Shown: positions 21,501-33,668 of the stretch, one piece after another
How positions within the stretch are numbered: the stretch's first letter is position 1
How the letters are laid out: the number at the start of each line of letters is the position of its first letter
DNA from: an uncultured Verrucomicrobiae bacterium
GTDB lineage: Bacteria > Verrucomicrobiota > Verrucomicrobiia > Limisphaerales > JAFGQR01
Reading direction: 5' to 3'
DNA: 59,585 nt
Assembly: GCA_963788655.1 (NCBI GenBank)
Contig: CAWBHS010000045.1
Location: 1 to 59,585, forward strand
Program-made: the position numbers and the translations under genes
Notes under the pieces: generated by a model
The model's database searches: none
The model's input: the letters and a program-made list of their open reading frames with translations, nothing else
Told to the model about the DNA's origin: nothing

Positions 21501-22224
21501 TATCACCGCCGACGGGGTGGCCAACGGCATTGAGGTTTTGGACGCCCTCCAACGGGTGCCTTACGACATCATACTGCTGGATTGCATGATGCCGGAGATG
21601 GATGGCTACAAAGTGACCGAACGCATCCGACAGAGCGAAAAAATCTCCTCCATCCATTTCAAATCGTCGCCCTACATCATTGCGTTGACGGCCAACGCGT
21701 TGCCCGGTGACCGCGAGCGGTGTCTGGCGGCCGGCATGAATGATTACCTGACCAAGCCGATGCAACTTCCGGAATTGGAAGAGGTATTGGATCGGGCGCT
21801 GATGCGAATTACCCCGGTGCCGCGGGAAAACACCGAGCAACGGGAGGCGGGGGTGCTGGACCCGGCGGTCGTCGCCAGCCTAAAGGAATTGCGGGAACCC
21901 AACCAACCGGATCCCTTCAAGGAACTGGTGGATTTGTTCCTCAAGGACGCCCGTTCGCGCCTGGACAAGCTGGACGAGGGGCTGGCGGAACAGACCGAAC
22001 TGAAGCTGGCCTCCACCGCCCATACCCTCAAAGGCAGCGCCAGCAATCTGGGAGCCCGCCGGCTGGCAGCGGCGGCGGCGAAGTTGGAGAAAGCAGCGAA
22101 AGCCGGTAATTGGACTGAAGCGGCAGATATTTTGCTGGACGTGAAGAGTGAGTTTCAACGCGTTGAAGAAGCTCTCCTCACTGAACTGCAAAATGACTTG
22201 ACTGCCGGCGATGCAAAGCCTTGA
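18526..22224 (+). CDS. Hybrid histidine kinase GAF-PAS-PAS-PAS-HK-REC-REC-HPt
   Basis: GAF (RFYAGAPL); PAS repeats (GKTDFDFFP x2); [24 protein letters not shown] HPt. Confidence 0.93.
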   Translation: MKSAPIPENELIRLAALRRYDILDSPPDHAFDELTRLTAQICGTPIAYISFLDEHRQWFKSRLGLGVTETPREIAFSAHVILQNDLLQVADALNDDRFADNPMVQGAPQIRFYAGAPLISQDGLVLGTLSVVDRQPRRLSESQAETLRILSRQVVTQLELRRNLSELARNIDEHQRTEELLRTSEAFYHMLVETLPQNIFRKDAEGRFTFANSRFCEGLNRRLHEVLGKTDFDFFPAELAAKYHHDDQIVMADQENLDTIEAHVTPQHERLYVHVIKTPLYDAFGNVFGIQGIFWDVTQRKRIEEELAYERDLLRALLNNIPDRIYFKDVYSCFLRCSHSMARRLGLRDHKEIEGKTDFDFFPQPLAQEYYADEQRIILTGQSMIAKLERQVDPDGNEIWASVTKIPTYNQAGAITGIIGLSRDITQLKQTEQALRQAEEKYRAIFENAVEGIFQTTADGRYLSANPALARMYGFESPEELIQALTDIRHQLYVNPQRRDEFLRLMKERGSVSGFESQVYRRDGSMIWISEAARSVGDVKSKLLYYEGAVEDITARKIVELEREKAREAALETARIKSEFLANMSHEIRTPMNAIMGMTGLLRDTALNVEQKEYVDAVRNNTELLLGIINEILDFSRIEAGKLLLEIIDFELRDTLESTVEMLAESAHRKGIELALWFDPDLVNLVRGDPGRLRQILTNLLGNAIKFTEQGEVVVRVSKAAETETQMVLQCEVTDTGIGIPEDDLPRVFEPFTQADGSTTRKYGGSGLGLSISKQLVELMQGEIGARSQSGQGSTFWFKLPLEKQPGQAMNPSYAEGNLAGLKVLVADASPIQREVLHRLLQSWQMQDVLAATSTEALDELRRQAEAGRPFEVAILDSKLPETDFTALVETIKKDPVLGATRLIVLTRLGQRWRPSVPARCLIKPIRQSRLFDNLVAVMTGLATSPDPVANESDPCERPAPLRARARNVRVLVAEDNLVNQRLALKQLQKLGITADGVANGIEVLDALQRVPYDIILLDCMMPEMDGYKVTERIRQSEKISSIHFKSSPYIIALTANALPGDRERCLAAGMNDYLTKPMQLPELEEVLDRALMRITPVPRENTEQREAGVLDPAVVASLKELREPNQPDPFKELVDLFLKDARSRLDKLDEGLAEQTELKLASTAHTLKGSASNLGARRLAAAAAKLEKAAKAGNWTEAADILLDVKSEFQRVEEALLTELQNDLTAGDAKP

Positions 22225-24802
22225 AAAGACGGTAAATCCAACACCGCTGTTCCACGTACTGCTCATCGAGGATGACCCCAAGATGGTGGAAATCCTGACC
22301 GACTGCCTGCGGCGGGACCAGATCGCTTTGGCCACTGTGAGCAACGGTTCGGATGCCTTGGAACGTGTTGGTGGAGAAAAATTTGATCTGATTCTGCTGG
22401 ATTTGGGATTGCCCGGCATGGATGGGATGGACGTGCTGCACCAGTTGAAGCGGCATCCGGCGGCCCAGAGTGTGCCCGCCATTATTCTAACGGCGTGGCA
22501 AGGCACGCAGGAAAAGATCAAGGGCTTCGAACTGGGCGCCACCGATTACATCACCAAGCCATTCGAGTTGTTCGAGTTTCGAGCCCGCATCCGTGCGACG
22601 CTGCGGACTAAACGACTGCAGGACCAGTTGACCCAGGCCAACCGGGAATTGGAAACCGCGCGCGTCGCGGCGGAGGAAGCCAACCGCACCAAATCGGAAT
22701 TTCTGGCCAACATGAGCCATGAGATTCGCACGCCCATGAATGGCGTCATCGCCATGACCAATATCCTGCTGCAAACCGAGCTGGATCATGAACAGCGCGA
22801 CGTGGTGGAAACCATCCGCACCAGCGGCGAAGCGCTCCTGACCATTATCAACGACATCCTCAACTTCTCCAAAATCCAGTCCGGCAAACTCGAACTCGAG
22901 CAACGGCCTCTGGATTTGCGGCTGTGCCTCGAAGATTCACTCGACTTGCTGGGGGCCAAGGCCGCTGAAAAGAATCTGGATTTGGGCTATTCGCTGGCCG
23001 ATGGCACCCCGCCGCAAATCATGGGCGACGCCACGCGCCTGCGGCAAATCCTGGTCAACCTGGTCGGCAACGCCATCAAATTCACCGCCACCGGGGAGGT
23101 GTTTGTCGAGGTCAAGGCTACCCCACTGCCCGCCGCCCCCGCCCCCGCGCCCGCGCCCGCGGACGGCCAAGCGGCGGACCCGGCGTATGAGCTGTATTTT
23201 TCCGTGCGCGATACCGGGATCGGAATTCCGCCGGATCGATTGCACCGGCTGTTCCGCTCGTTCAGCCAGGTCGATAGTTCGATCTCACGCAAATTCGGCG
23301 GCACCGGCCTGGGCTTGGCGATCAGCAAGGGACTGGTGGAAATCATGGGTGGCAAAATGTGGGTCGAAAGTAACGAAGGGCAGGGCTCCACGTTTCTGTT
23401 TGTCATCCCGGTGGCTGGCACCGGCGTTGCCACTTCCCCCTTGAGCCGGCGCCATCCACAATTGCAGGGACGCCGCGTATTGGTGGTGGAAGACAATCCG
23501 GCCATCCGCCGAGCCGTCGTTCGGCAATTGCAGCAGTGGGGATTGGTTACCCACGACACGGCCGAGGCGCACGAAGCGCTGGACTGGTTGCGTCAAGGCC
23601 AGTCGTTTGACCTGGCGGTGGCGGACGCCCAATTGCCGGAAATGGATGGTTCGCGATGGGCGACGGACGTGCGTCAACTGCCGCAGGCGCGCGCTTTGCC
23701 CTTGTTGTTTATGACGTTGGTCAGCGCCCGCACGGAAGTGAACGTGGCCCAACCGACCGCCGCCACCGGCCAGATTGGCAAACCGATCAAGGCGGCCTCG
23801 CTCCAGCAAACCTTGCTGCGGCTCTTGTCGGGCAACCAACCGGCGGCGCGCAAGATTTCGGCTTCGGGCAAAATGGATAGCGGTCTCGCCCAACGTTATC
23901 CGCTGCGGGTGCTGCTGACCGACGACAACGTGATCAATCAGAAAGTGGCCTCACGTTTGCTACAACAATTGGGTTATCGCGCCGACATAGCGAACAGCGG
24001 CTTGGAAGCCATTCGCGCACTCGAGCGCAAGCCCTATGATCTTGTTTTCATGGACGTGCAGATGCCGGAAATGGACGGGTTGGAAGCGACGCGCCGCATT
24101 CGCGAACTTCAGGGAATGCCGGACGCGCCGGCGCACTTTCACGGGCCCATCACCATCGTTGCCATGACGGCCAATGCCATGCACGGCGACCGGGAAAAAT
24201 GCATCAACTCCGGCATGGATGATTACATTTCGAAACCCGTCCGGCCGGAAGTGCTTCAAAACGTGATTGAACAAGCCGGCGCCCGCCTGGCCAAAAACGC
24301 GCCTTCCACCGTACAACCGCAGGAAAATATTGCCCCTGCCACCGCCGCCGTCTCGCGGCCGTCCGCAACCCCACCCGCTGAGCCGACCGGCACTGCGCCG
24401 GCGCCCGCGCCGCTGCCGGACGTGCATGAGCTCCCGCCAGTTGACTTGGATCGATTGCGCGAGTTCGCCGGTGGCTCGGTGGAGAGTTATCAGGAATTGG
24501 TGAGCTTGTATTTGCAGCAAACGGCGCAGCAACTTGAACGCCTCAAAATCGCACACCAAGCCGGCCAGGCTGAACAGGTCGCACGGGTGGCCCACAGTTG
24601 TGCCGGCGCCAGTGCCACTTGTGGCATGATGGCGTTCGTGCCGCTGCTGCGCCAGATTGAACAAGCAGGCAACGCGGGCGACTTGACCCCCATCCACCAC
24701 CAACTCGAAGCCGCGCACCAGGAATTTCAACGCATTCAACAGTTTCTCGCCACCCACGCACCGACGCTCTCCACCGAAGCGTCCAACGTATCCGCGCTAT
24801 GA
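22211..24802 (+). CDS. Hybrid histidine kinase REC-HK-REC-REC-HPt
   Basis: N-terminal LLDLGLP receiver; [24 protein letters not shown] HPt. Confidence 0.92.
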   Translation: MQSLEKTVNPTPLFHVLLIEDDPKMVEILTDCLRRDQIALATVSNGSDALERVGGEKFDLILLDLGLPGMDGMDVLHQLKRHPAAQSVPAIILTAWQGTQEKIKGFELGATDYITKPFELFEFRARIRATLRTKRLQDQLTQANRELETARVAAEEANRTKSEFLANMSHEIRTPMNGVIAMTNILLQTELDHEQRDVVETIRTSGEALLTIINDILNFSKIQSGKLELEQRPLDLRLCLEDSLDLLGAKAAEKNLDLGYSLADGTPPQIMGDATRLRQILVNLVGNAIKFTATGEVFVEVKATPLPAAPAPAPAPADGQAADPAYELYFSVRDTGIGIPPDRLHRLFRSFSQVDSSISRKFGGTGLGLAISKGLVEIMGGKMWVESNEGQGSTFLFVIPVAGTGVATSPLSRRHPQLQGRRVLVVEDNPAIRRAVVRQLQQWGLVTHDTAEAHEALDWLRQGQSFDLAVADAQLPEMDGSRWATDVRQLPQARALPLLFMTLVSARTEVNVAQPTAATGQIGKPIKAASLQQTLLRLLSGNQPAARKISASGKMDSGLAQRYPLRVLLTDDNVINQKVASRLLQQLGYRADIANSGLEAIRALERKPYDLVFMDVQMPEMDGLEATRRIRELQGMPDAPAHFHGPITIVAMTANAMHGDREKCINSGMDDYISKPVRPEVLQNVIEQAGARLAKNAPSTVQPQENIAPATAAVSRPSATPPAEPTGTAPAPAPLPDVHELPPVDLDRLREFAGGSVESYQELVSLYLQQTAQQLERLKIAHQAGQAEQVARVAHSCAGASATCGMMAFVPLLRQIEQAGNAGDLTPIHHQLEAAHQEFQRIQQFLATHAPTLSTEASNVSAL

Positions 24803-26188
24803 ACAAATTGCTCATCATCGAAGACGATCCCATTATCGCTCACATCTACCAGTCCCGGCTCGAAAAGGAAGGTTACGAGGTGGAGGTTTCCGCCGATGGC
24901 CAAAGCGGCTTCTACCGCATTCACGAGTTTCGGCCGGATGCGGTCCTGCTGGATTTGATGCTGCCCAAGCTCAACGGGGTGGACATCTTGAAAAAGATAC
25001 GAGCCCAGGCTCAGTTCCAGCGGATGCCCATCATCGTTTTTACCAACGCCTACGTGCCAAATATGATCCAGGAATCATTCTCGGCGGGCGCTACGCAGGT
25101 GTTCAACAAAGCAACGTTGACCCCCCGGCAGATCATCGACGCGCTGCAAAATGCCATTGCGCTGACCGGCAAAGCCGCCCCGGCGCCGGCGGCCACCGCG
25201 CCGACTGCATTCGTAGATCAGGGAAGGGAGGGCAGCTTCAGGACCCGAGTCCTTGTGCGAGGCTCCGTTCCACGGGCAGGCCCGGAAGAGCGAAACGACT
25301 CCTCCGGAGCAACCTTCTGCCGCAGCGCACGACGCTCGGCCACCTGCTCCGTCCTCTGCGCCTTCGCCGGAAGCGGTTCCTGAGGCTGCGGCTCCCAGTG
25401 AGTCCGTGCCTTTGAACAGTGCGGCAATGAGCGACGAACAATTCCAGTCCGAACTCTTGCACACCTTTATCGAGTCGGCGCCGGAAACGCTCAATGGGTT
25501 GCGCCGCACCCTTCAGGAGTTCAGTAAAGCGCAGGATGATACCAGTCGCCAACCGCCCTTGCTGGAGTTGTTCCGCAAGGTTCACTCGCTGACCGGCAGC
25601 GCCGGCATTGCCGGATTGCACCCAATTTCCAAAATGGCTGCGGCGCTGGAAGTCCTCCTCAAGGAACTGTACGAAAAACCGAAGAACCTCAACGCTTCGA
25701 CCATTCGCACGGTGGCCAACTCGATTGATTTCCTCAGCGAACTCTTCAACAAATGTCTGGATCCGAATTGGACCGAACCCGGGCCCGCCAACATCCTGGT
25801 GGTGGACGACGAGATCCTGTCCCGCCGGGCGATCACTTATGCTTTGGAAAAAGCCGGGCTCAAATCCGTCAGCGTTGAAGATCCCCAAGTCGCCTTGAAC
25901 CTGGCCACGGAAACCCAATTCAACCTCATCTTTCTGGACGTGCAAATGCCGGGTATGGATGGTTTCGACCTGTGTACCCGAATTCGGACGCTGCCGACCA
26001 ACAAGACCACTCCCGTCATTTTTGTAACCAGCTTGACCGATTTCAAAAGCCGCGCGCGCTCGACCCTCAGCGGTGGCACCGACCTGATTGCCAAGCCGTT
26101 CATGTTCATCGAACTGAGCGTCAAGGCCCTCACTTACGTGCTGCGCGGCCAGCTAAACCAGCGGATCGAGGAACGCCGCGCGGCCTGA
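24799..26188 (+). CDS. REC-HPt-REC response regulator; frameshift near 25220
   Basis: LLDLMLP receiver; Pro/Ala linker; VHSLTGSAG HPt-like motif; FLDVQMP receiver. Confidence 0.8.
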
Positions 26189-26296
26189 CCGCCGGGCTCC
26201 TCCAATCAACTGGGCGAACTCTGAGTCGTTCGCTCTCGCACGCGCAACCGGCGGAGGGTAATTGGCTGGGCGATTGTCGCTTGCGGAAAAATACGG

Positions 26297-28087
26297 CTAT
26301 GGATGCGTCGCCAGCCATTGCCGGATTTGCAGTGCCTGGGGCAAGTTGGGGGCGTCGGCAAGCACCTTGAGATATTGCTCGCGGGCCAGCGTGGGTTGGT
26401 CCAATTGTTGGGCGTACAGATTCGCCAACGCCAAGTGCAACCGGGTTTTGTTCGAATCGGTTTTCAGGAGGGTTTGAAGTTCCTTGGCCGCGTCGTACGG
26501 GTAACCGGCCTGCCGGAGCGTCACCGCCAATTGGTAGCGAGCGTCCACCGAATCCGGTTTTAGCGCCAGGGCAAATTCACAAGCCGTCAGTGCCGGTTGC
26601 CAATACTGTTGGGCGCCGGCGGCCAGGGCCAGGTTGTAATACGCCGCAAAGAAGGTGGGGTCCAACTCGGTGGCCTTCTGGTAGAAACCCATCGCCTGGG
26701 TTTGCTGGCCGTCTTGTTGAATGCGCAGTCCTTCGGCAAAGTACTTCTCGGCGGCGGCCCGATCGCCGGGTGCGGGTCTGGCCGGCGACAAGTAATGGTA
26801 ACGCTTGATTGGCACCGACCTTACCGGATTGGCAGAACGTAAGGCTACGGCGCGCCGAGAACGCGGTGGCGACACCGGTTGCTCGCTTCGGGCTACGGTC
26901 GGCGTGGGGCGAGGAACGGGGGCCGTTGTTGCCGTCCGGGCCGGCGCCAGCCGAATCGCCAGTTGTTCTGGTTTGGGCTTTGCGGGCGCCGGTTCAGACG
27001 TTCGGGATGAGGTTCCCGCTTCGGCGGTTTTACGAGGGATCGAGGTTTGGGTGGCTTCCTCGGCAGGTTCTTTGGCGGGCCGAGCCGAGGCCCGTTTGGC
27101 CGGAGTGGGTTTTGGAGTGGGAGCTTCTTTTGGCGGAGCGGGCTTGGGGTGCGTTGCCTCCGGCGCCGCCGGTGGTTTTGCGGCGGACGCCACTTCCGCC
27201 GACTTTGGCGGAGGAGTGTGGTCCGGCACCGTTTGCGCGTCCGGTTGGTTGGAGTGCTGCGAAGTTTGGGTGACGAGGTTGGTTTCCAGCGGAGGCGTGG
27301 GCGGGCGGGTCAATTCGTTGTCCAGGTCTTGGGCCAGTTTGGCTACCGCATTCCAGTTGTCCGGGCGGGGATTCAGCGCCAGGTATTCCCGGTATTTGCG
27401 CAAGGCCAGCGGGCGGGTGTTGGGTTGTCGTTCATACAAGGTGGCGAGGTTTAAAAGCGCCGGACCGTAATCCGATTGCTGCGTCAAGGCGGCTCCAAAG
27501 TACGTGGCTGCGTCCGCCAATCGCTTCCGTTGCACGTCGATGACGCCGAGATTGTTAAGCACCTCCGGGGAATTGGCGCCCAAGCCTTGCCGTGCGTAAT
27601 TGAACACTTTCGCGGCCTCGTCCCAGCGTTTGGCCCGCATAAGCGCGGTGCCCAGTTTGGTCCAGCCGTTGATATCCTTGGCGTACCGCGGATGGGTCAC
27701 AAAACTATTGAGCTCATCGATGGCCGCATTGGGTTGGTCCTGTTCCAGCCAGAGGCAACCCAGGTTGTAATGCACCGTCATCAGATCCCGGTCGAGGGTC
27801 AGCGCCCGGTGATAAGCAATCAGGGCGTTGGTCACTTGGCCGTCACCGTGATAAGCCATACCGAGGTAGTTCCAAGCACGGGCTTCGCGCGGAAGCAATT
27901 GGGTGGCGACCTTGAGTTTGGCGATGGCTTCGGGATACTTCGCTTCGCGCACGAGCGTTTCGCCCTGGAGCAGCGCCCGCGGTCCTGGTGGCGTGCAACC
28001 CGCCAGCAGCGCAATGACGGCCAAGAGTAACAATCCGCCCGCAACCCAGCCGCCGGTGTGCCGATATGGTTTTTTGGTGGCTAACAT
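26297..28087 (-). CDS. TPR-repeat lipoprotein with Pro-rich linker
   Basis: LLAGC lipobox; TPR motifs (AWNYLG, HYNLG, YYNLA). Confidence 0.82.
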   Translation of the reverse strand: MLATKKPYRHTGGWVAGGLLLLAVIALLAGCTPPGPRALLQGETLVREAKYPEAIAKLKVATQLLPREARAWNYLGMAYHGDGQVTNALIAYHRALTLDRDLMTVHYNLGCLWLEQDQPNAAIDELNSFVTHPRYAKDINGWTKLGTALMRAKRWDEAAKVFNYARQGLGANSPEVLNNLGVIDVQRKRLADAATYFGAALTQQSDYGPALLNLATLYERQPNTRPLALRKYREYLALNPRPDNWNAVAKLAQDLDNELTRPPTPPLETNLVTQTSQHSNQPDAQTVPDHTPPPKSAEVASAAKPPAAPEATHPKPAPPKEAPTPKPTPAKRASARPAKEPAEEATQTSIPRKTAEAGTSSRTSEPAPAKPKPEQLAIRLAPARTATTAPVPRPTPTVARSEQPVSPPRSRRAVALRSANPVRSVPIKRYHYLSPARPAPGDRAAAEKYFAEGLRIQQDGQQTQAMGFYQKATELDPTFFAAYYNLALAAGAQQYWQPALTACEFALALKPDSVDARYQLAVTLRQAGYPYDAAKELQTLLKTDSNKTRLHLALANLYAQQLDQPTLAREQYLKVLADAPNLPQALQIRQWLATHP

Positions 28088-28142
28088 CTAACTTGGTGGT
28101 ACCATCTCAACCATTTACGTGTCAAGTAACGCGCGGTTGATT

Positions 28143-29198
28143 ATGGCAAGCAACCACACTCGCAATTGGTGGATCGGGCTCCTGACGGGAGGACTCCTGG
28201 CCCATGCCAGTGCGAGGGGTTCCGATGATTTTGTCGGCGTGCAAGATAGCCCGCGCAGCCGGGTGGTGATCGTTCACAATTCCGCAGCCACCCACGCGTA
28301 CGAGCCGCAGCTTGCCGTCGTGCGCCAAATGGTACAATGCGGCCTTACCAATATCACCGGCCAATCCACCGTGGCTCGCGCCTGGCTGAGCTTGGTTTCT
28401 ACGCAGGATACGATTGGTATCAAAGTGTATTCCGCCCCCGGCCCGCTCGGTGGCACGCGCCCCGCCGTGGTGGAGGCCCTGGTGGAAACACTCCTCCGTG
28501 CCGGTATTCCGCCGGCGCACGTCGTGGTCTGGGACCGGAAGCGGTCGGATTTGCAACAGGCTGGTTTTGTGGCGTTGGAACAAGCCTACGGCATTCGCGT
28601 GGAAGGGAGCGTCGATGCCGGATATGACAACGCGGTGGCGTACAATCCGGAAACACCGTTCCTGGGACCCTTGGTCTGGAGCGACCTGGAATTTGGCGAC
28701 CGCGAAAAGGGCGCCGGCCGCAAGTCGTACGTTTCCAAACTGGTCACCCAACAACTGACCAAGATCATCAATGTCAGTCCCCTGCTCAATCACTATGGCG
28801 CGGGCGTGGTCGGCAACTTATACAGCCTGTCCCTGGGCAGTGTGGATAATACGCAGCGCTTCGAATTGAATCCCAGCTACCTGGCGCAGGCGGTGCCCGA
28901 GATCTACGCCATGCGCGAGATCGGCGACAAAGCGGTGCTGCACGTTGTGGATGCCTTGATCTGCCAGTATCAGGGACAACACGTGGGATTGCTGCACTAC
29001 GCCACCGCGCTCAATGAATTGCGGTTCAGCAAGGATCCCGTGGCGCTGGATTTACTCTCGGTTCAGGAATTGACCCGGCAACGCCGTTTGGCCAACGTCG
29101 CCCCGTCCACCGGCAACAAAGAACTCTTCGATAACGCCACGCTGCTGCAATTGGGCACGGATGATCCCGCCCGAATCATGGTGGAACGATTCGAGTAG
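28143..29198 (+). CDS. DUF362 domain protein
   Basis: Signal peptide; [31 protein letters not shown]. Confidence 0.7.
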   Translation: MASNHTRNWWIGLLTGGLLAHASARGSDDFVGVQDSPRSRVVIVHNSAATHAYEPQLAVVRQMVQCGLTNITGQSTVARAWLSLVSTQDTIGIKVYSAPGPLGGTRPAVVEALVETLLRAGIPPAHVVVWDRKRSDLQQAGFVALEQAYGIRVEGSVDAGYDNAVAYNPETPFLGPLVWSDLEFGDREKGAGRKSYVSKLVTQQLTKIINVSPLLNHYGAGVVGNLYSLSLGSVDNTQRFELNPSYLAQAVPEIYAMREIGDKAVLHVVDALICQYQGQHVGLLHYATALNELRFSKDPVALDLLSVQELTRQRRLANVAPSTGNKELFDNATLLQLGTDDPARIMVERFE

Positions 29199-29367
29199 GT
29201 GGTGCGCCCGGCACTCCTTCGGGCACACTCGGGAGAGTGTTTCTTCAAATTGGCTCGCTCGGTTCTCAATCATGAAGCTCGAGCTTTCCCTTACGGTTGA
29301 TTTGCATCGACGTCCAGAGGCGGATCAGTTTACAACGAACGCCGACACCATTGATTATGCGCGAACC

Positions 29368-31314
29368 ATGAAAACGAACACACTGTTCCCAATCATCTGC
29401 CTTGCCTGTCTGCTTGCCGCTTGTCCCGTTGTGAACGCAGCCCTGGATTCCCATCCAGGTGCAGGCCAGGGCGCCGTCGAGATCTCGGGCGAACTCAAGC
29501 AGTGGCACAAGGTGACGCTCTCTTTGGCCGGCCCGTACGCTCGGGAACGCGATGATGCGCCCAATCCGTTTACGGATTACCGGATGGTGGTGACGTTTAC
29601 ACACGAGTCCGGTTCACCGCAGTACAAAGTGCCCGGCTATTTTGCCGCCGACGGCCAGGCGGCCAACACTTCCGCCACTGCCGGCAATCGATGGCGCGCT
29701 CACCTCTCGCCGGACAAACCCGGCAAGTGGAATTACCGGGTGTCTTTTGTCAAAGGCAAATACGCCGCGCTGGACCACGATGCTCCCGTGGAAGCGGTGG
29801 TTCCGGTGGACGGGAAAACCGGAAGTTTCCGCGTGGCGCCCACGGACAAGACCGGTCGCGACTTTCGCGCACGGGGAAGGCTCGAATACGTCGGCCAGCA
29901 TTACCTGCGCTTCGCTGGTTCGGGTGACTATTTTCTGAAGGCCGGGGCAGATGCGCCGGAGAATCTCCTGGCCTACGCGGATTTCGATGGCACGCGGTCC
30001 AACAAGCGGCGCACTCCCCGAGCCGGTGAAGCCACGGCCGCCGGACTCAAGACGTGGCAGCCGCACGTGCGGGATTGGCGTCCCGGTGACCCAACGTGGC
30101 AGGACGGCAAGGGCAAGGGATTGATCGGTGCGCTGAATTATCTCGCGGGCAAAAGTGTCAACGCGTTTTCTTTTTTGACCTACAACGCCGGGGGCGATGG
30201 CGACGATGTGTGGCCGTTTGTCGCCCGCGAGGACAAGCTCCACTACGATTGCTCGAAGCTCGATCAATGGGCCATTGTGTTCGACCACGCCACGGCCCGC
30301 GGGCTTTACCTGCACTTTAAAATGCAGGAAACCGAGAACGACGACAATCGTCTCGGCAAGAATGACGGCAAGGTGGTGCCCACTGCGTTGGATGGTGGCG
30401 ACCTGGGGATCGAACGCAAACTCTATTGCCGGGAACTCATCGCACGGTTCAGCCACGAACTCGCTTTGAACTGGAACCTTGGTGAAGAGAACACCCAATC
30501 AACCGCCCAACAACGCGCCATGGCCCAATACCTCCATGACACCGATCCGTATCATCATCTGATCGTGGTTCACACCTACCCGGATTGGCAGGACCGGGTT
30601 TACCGTCCGTTGCTTGGCGACCAATCCTCGTTGACCGGGGCCTCGCTTCAGAACGGTTGGAACCAGGCCCATCAGCGGACGCTGAAGTGGGTGACCGAAT
30701 CGACGAAGGCCGGCAAGCCGTGGGTGGTGGCCAATGACGAACAAGGTCCCGCCGGGCTGGGAGTGCCGCCCGATCCGGGCTACCAGGGTTTTGAAGGTCA
30801 AGCTGGCGTGGGCCAGGGAAAAACGTACAACCTGCACGACATCCGCAAGGCTACGCTGTGGGGCACGCTGATGGCCGGCGGTGCCGGCGTGGAATACTAC
30901 TTTGGTTACCAATTGCCGCAGAACGATCTCGTATGTGAAGACTGGCGCAGCCGCGACCAGTCCTGGGATTACTGCCGCATCGCTTTACAATTTTTCAAAG
31001 ACAACGCCATTCCCTTTTGGGAGATGCAGAACGCCGATGCCTTGGTGGGTAACGCGAAGAACGACAACCGTAAGTATTGCCTGGCCAAGGCCGGAGAAGT
31101 GTACCTGGTCTATCTGCCCAATGGCGGCACGACGGTCCTGGATCTGAGTGAGGCGAACGGTGACTTCACGGTCAGATGGTTCAACCCACGCACCGGTGGA
31201 TCGTTAGTGTCGGGCCCGGTTATCCAAGTGAAAGGGCAGGGGAAAGTGAGCCTTGGTCAACCGCCGGCTGATCCGGATGAAGATTGGTTGGTGGTGGTTA
31301 AGCGGCAGCAATAG
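29368..31314 (+). CDS. DUF5060 / GH-like protein with C-terminal putative collagen-binding domain
   Basis: Signal peptide; [36 protein letters not shown]. Confidence 0.7.
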   Translation: MKTNTLFPIICLACLLAACPVVNAALDSHPGAGQGAVEISGELKQWHKVTLSLAGPYARERDDAPNPFTDYRMVVTFTHESGSPQYKVPGYFAADGQAANTSATAGNRWRAHLSPDKPGKWNYRVSFVKGKYAALDHDAPVEAVVPVDGKTGSFRVAPTDKTGRDFRARGRLEYVGQHYLRFAGSGDYFLKAGADAPENLLAYADFDGTRSNKRRTPRAGEATAAGLKTWQPHVRDWRPGDPTWQDGKGKGLIGALNYLAGKSVNAFSFLTYNAGGDGDDVWPFVAREDKLHYDCSKLDQWAIVFDHATARGLYLHFKMQETENDDNRLGKNDGKVVPTALDGGDLGIERKLYCRELIARFSHELALNWNLGEENTQSTAQQRAMAQYLHDTDPYHHLIVVHTYPDWQDRVYRPLLGDQSSLTGASLQNGWNQAHQRTLKWVTESTKAGKPWVVANDEQGPAGLGVPPDPGYQGFEGQAGVGQGKTYNLHDIRKATLWGTLMAGGAGVEYYFGYQLPQNDLVCEDWRSRDQSWDYCRIALQFFKDNAIPFWEMQNADALVGNAKNDNRKYCLAKAGEVYLVYLPNGGTTVLDLSEANGDFTVRWFNPRTGGSLVSGPVIQVKGQGKVSLGQPPADPDEDWLVVVKRQQ

Positions 31315-31398
31315 TGCCTCCCGCCTTTGAACCTGTTCAATGATCCGTTTTTGAATGTGCTTGTCTTCTTCGCGGCCTCGCGACTACCTTCTTCAGCC

Positions 31399-32583
31399 AT
31401 GAAAGTTTCATTCTACGGACACGTTAAGCAATATCACAATATCAAGAGCGAAATTGACGCCAACATTCACGAAGTGCTGGAGAGCGGCGCCTACGTCATG
31501 GGCCCCATGCTCAAACGGTTCGAGGGCGAGCTGGCCCAATATCACGGCACGAAGCACGCCGTGGGCGTGGGCAACGGCACGGACGCCATTTGGCTCAGCC
31601 TAATGGCCCTGGGCGTTGGTCCCGGCGACGAAGTCATTACGCATCCCAACACGTTTTTTGCCACCGCCGAAGCAATTTGGACCGCCGGGGCCACGGCGGT
31701 ATTTGTCGATTGCTGCCCGAAGACCAAGTGTATCTGCCCGGACAAAATCGAAGCCGCCATCACGCCGAAGACCAAGGCGATCATCCCGGTGCATCTCTAT
31801 GGCCAATGCGCGGACATGAAGGCTATTCGTCAGCTCGCGGACAAACACAAGCTGCTGGTCGTCGAAGACAACGCCCAAGGCATGGGCGCGCACGGAAACG
31901 GCTTCAAAATCGGTGAACTGAGTGATGCCGCCACCACGAGTTTCATCATCCAAAAGAACTTCGGCACCTTTGGCGACGGCGGCGCGGTGGTGACCAACAA
32001 TCCCGAAGTGGATCGCATCATTCGCAAACTGCGCAACCATGGTTCGGACCAGCGCAACGTACACAGCTACGGCTTCAACAGCCGGTTGGATGACCTTCAC
32101 GCGGGCATCTTAAGCGCCAAGCTCAAACACATTGACCAGTTGAACGATCAGCGGCGTCAATGGGCAGCCCGCTATACCGCGGCATTGAAGGATTGCAAAA
32201 CCTTTGACTTGCCCGTCGAACTGCCCGGTTACCGGCACGTTTTCCATCTTTACGTGATTGAAACCAAGAAACCGGAATGGCGCGAGGAGTTGCTGAAGTA
32301 TCTCAATGAGGCCGGCGTTGACGCCAAGACGCATTACTCGATTCCCATCCATCAACAGTCCGGTTACCCGTGGGGCAAAGGCGCGCGCGTTGTCGGCGCC
32401 GTGTCCAATGCCGAAGCGAATGCGGCTTGTTGCATCAGCCTGCCGATGTTCCCGGAACTCACCGACGCCGAAGTGGATTACGTCGCGGCCAAGGTGAAGG
32501 AATGGGACGCCAAACACGCGTCGGAAGCGCCGGCGGGTAAAGGTCCGGCCCAGAGCGGATCAGTTTGCGCTTGTTGCCAATAA
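31399..32583 (+). CDS. DegT/DnrJ/EryC1/StrS PLP aminotransferase
   Basis: GNGTDA, PVHLYGQ, EDNAQ, KNFGTFGDGG, NSRLD. Confidence 0.92.
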   Translation: MKVSFYGHVKQYHNIKSEIDANIHEVLESGAYVMGPMLKRFEGELAQYHGTKHAVGVGNGTDAIWLSLMALGVGPGDEVITHPNTFFATAEAIWTAGATAVFVDCCPKTKCICPDKIEAAITPKTKAIIPVHLYGQCADMKAIRQLADKHKLLVVEDNAQGMGAHGNGFKIGELSDAATTSFIIQKNFGTFGDGGAVVTNNPEVDRIIRKLRNHGSDQRNVHSYGFNSRLDDLHAGILSAKLKHIDQLNDQRRQWAARYTAALKDCKTFDLPVELPGYRHVFHLYVIETKKPEWREELLKYLNEAGVDAKTHYSIPIHQQSGYPWGKGARVVGAVSNAEANAACCISLPMFPELTDAEVDYVAAKVKEWDAKHASEAPAGKGPAQSGSVCACCQ

Positions 32584-32591
32584 TTCGGACC

Positions 32592-33665
32592 ATGAGCAAA
32601 TACTCTGTTCTCGTCGTCGGCATGGGGAAACGCGGAATGCACCATGCCGCCGCGTTCAATGCCAATCCGAAGTTTCAGGTCGCCGGCATTTGTGACATTG
32701 ACACGAAACGCCTGGATGACGCTGCCGCCAAGCTCGGCAATCCGCAGAAGGGCACCGATGCCGCGGCGCTCGCCAAAGCGATCAAGCCCGATGTTTTCTG
32801 TTTCTGCACCATGCCGCATTTGCGCACACCGTTCATCCAGGCGGCGATTGGCAGTGGCGCGAAACTGATTGCGTTCGAGAAACCGGTCGCGCTCACCAGT
32901 GCGGAAATGTTTTCCATCCGCGATTTGATCCGCGCGGCCGGGGTGAAAGCGGTCGTCAGCCATCAGCATCGCTATGGCCAGCATTACCAGAAAGTGAAGG
33001 AGATCATCGCCAGCGGAGTGTTGGGCCGGGTCCACACCGTTTATGGCAGTGCGACCGGGTGGATGACCCACATTCTTTCGCACTTAATCGACTACACTTG
33101 CTGGTTCAACGATTATACGCCTGGCTCGTGGGCCATGGCGCAAGCGGCGGGTAAAGCCAAGTTTGGTGACAATCATCCGTCGCCTGATTACATCGCCGGA
33201 TTCGTGCAATTCGCCAATGGCGTGCGCGGCGTGTATGAAAGCGGCGCCGGCGCCCCCGATCAGCCGGAAGTCGCCAAATGGTGGGGTAAGAACCGGCTGG
33301 GCGCCCAGGGCACGGAAGGCTTTGCCGAAGTGCTGACCAACGGCGGTTGGCGCGCGGTAACCCGCAGTGGCGGCTATCAATCCGGTGAGGGCGCGATGAG
33401 CTACGATCTCGACATGCCGCCCTACATTCAAGGAATGGCTGATTGGTTGGATGACAATCAAAAGGTTCACCCGTGCAACTTTGATCATGCCTGCCTGGGC
33501 GCGGAAATCATGTTCGCCTTGCAGCGCAGTGCGGCCGAAGGCGGGCAGGTTGCCTTGCCGTTGGCCGGCGGCGTAGATGAGCAAGCGTTGCTCAAAGCAA
33601 AACTGCCCGATAAACCGGTGATGGTTTCTTTCGAGCAGAACAAAAAGGAATTCGGCCTGACTTGA
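32592..33665 (+). CDS. Gfo/Idh/MocA oxidoreductase
   Basis: VVGMGKRG Rossmann motif; EKP; SHLID. Confidence 0.85.
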   Translation: MSKYSVLVVGMGKRGMHHAAAFNANPKFQVAGICDIDTKRLDDAAAKLGNPQKGTDAAALAKAIKPDVFCFCTMPHLRTPFIQAAIGSGAKLIAFEKPVALTSAEMFSIRDLIRAAGVKAVVSHQHRYGQHYQKVKEIIASGVLGRVHTVYGSATGWMTHILSHLIDYTCWFNDYTPGSWAMAQAAGKAKFGDNHPSPDYIAGFVQFANGVRGVYESGAGAPDQPEVAKWWGKNRLGAQGTEGFAEVLTNGGWRAVTRSGGYQSGEGAMSYDLDMPPYIQGMADWLDDNQKVHPCNFDHACLGAEIMFALQRSAAEGGQVALPLAGGVDEQALLKAKLPDKPVMVSFEQNKKEFGLT

Positions 33666-33668
33666 TTC

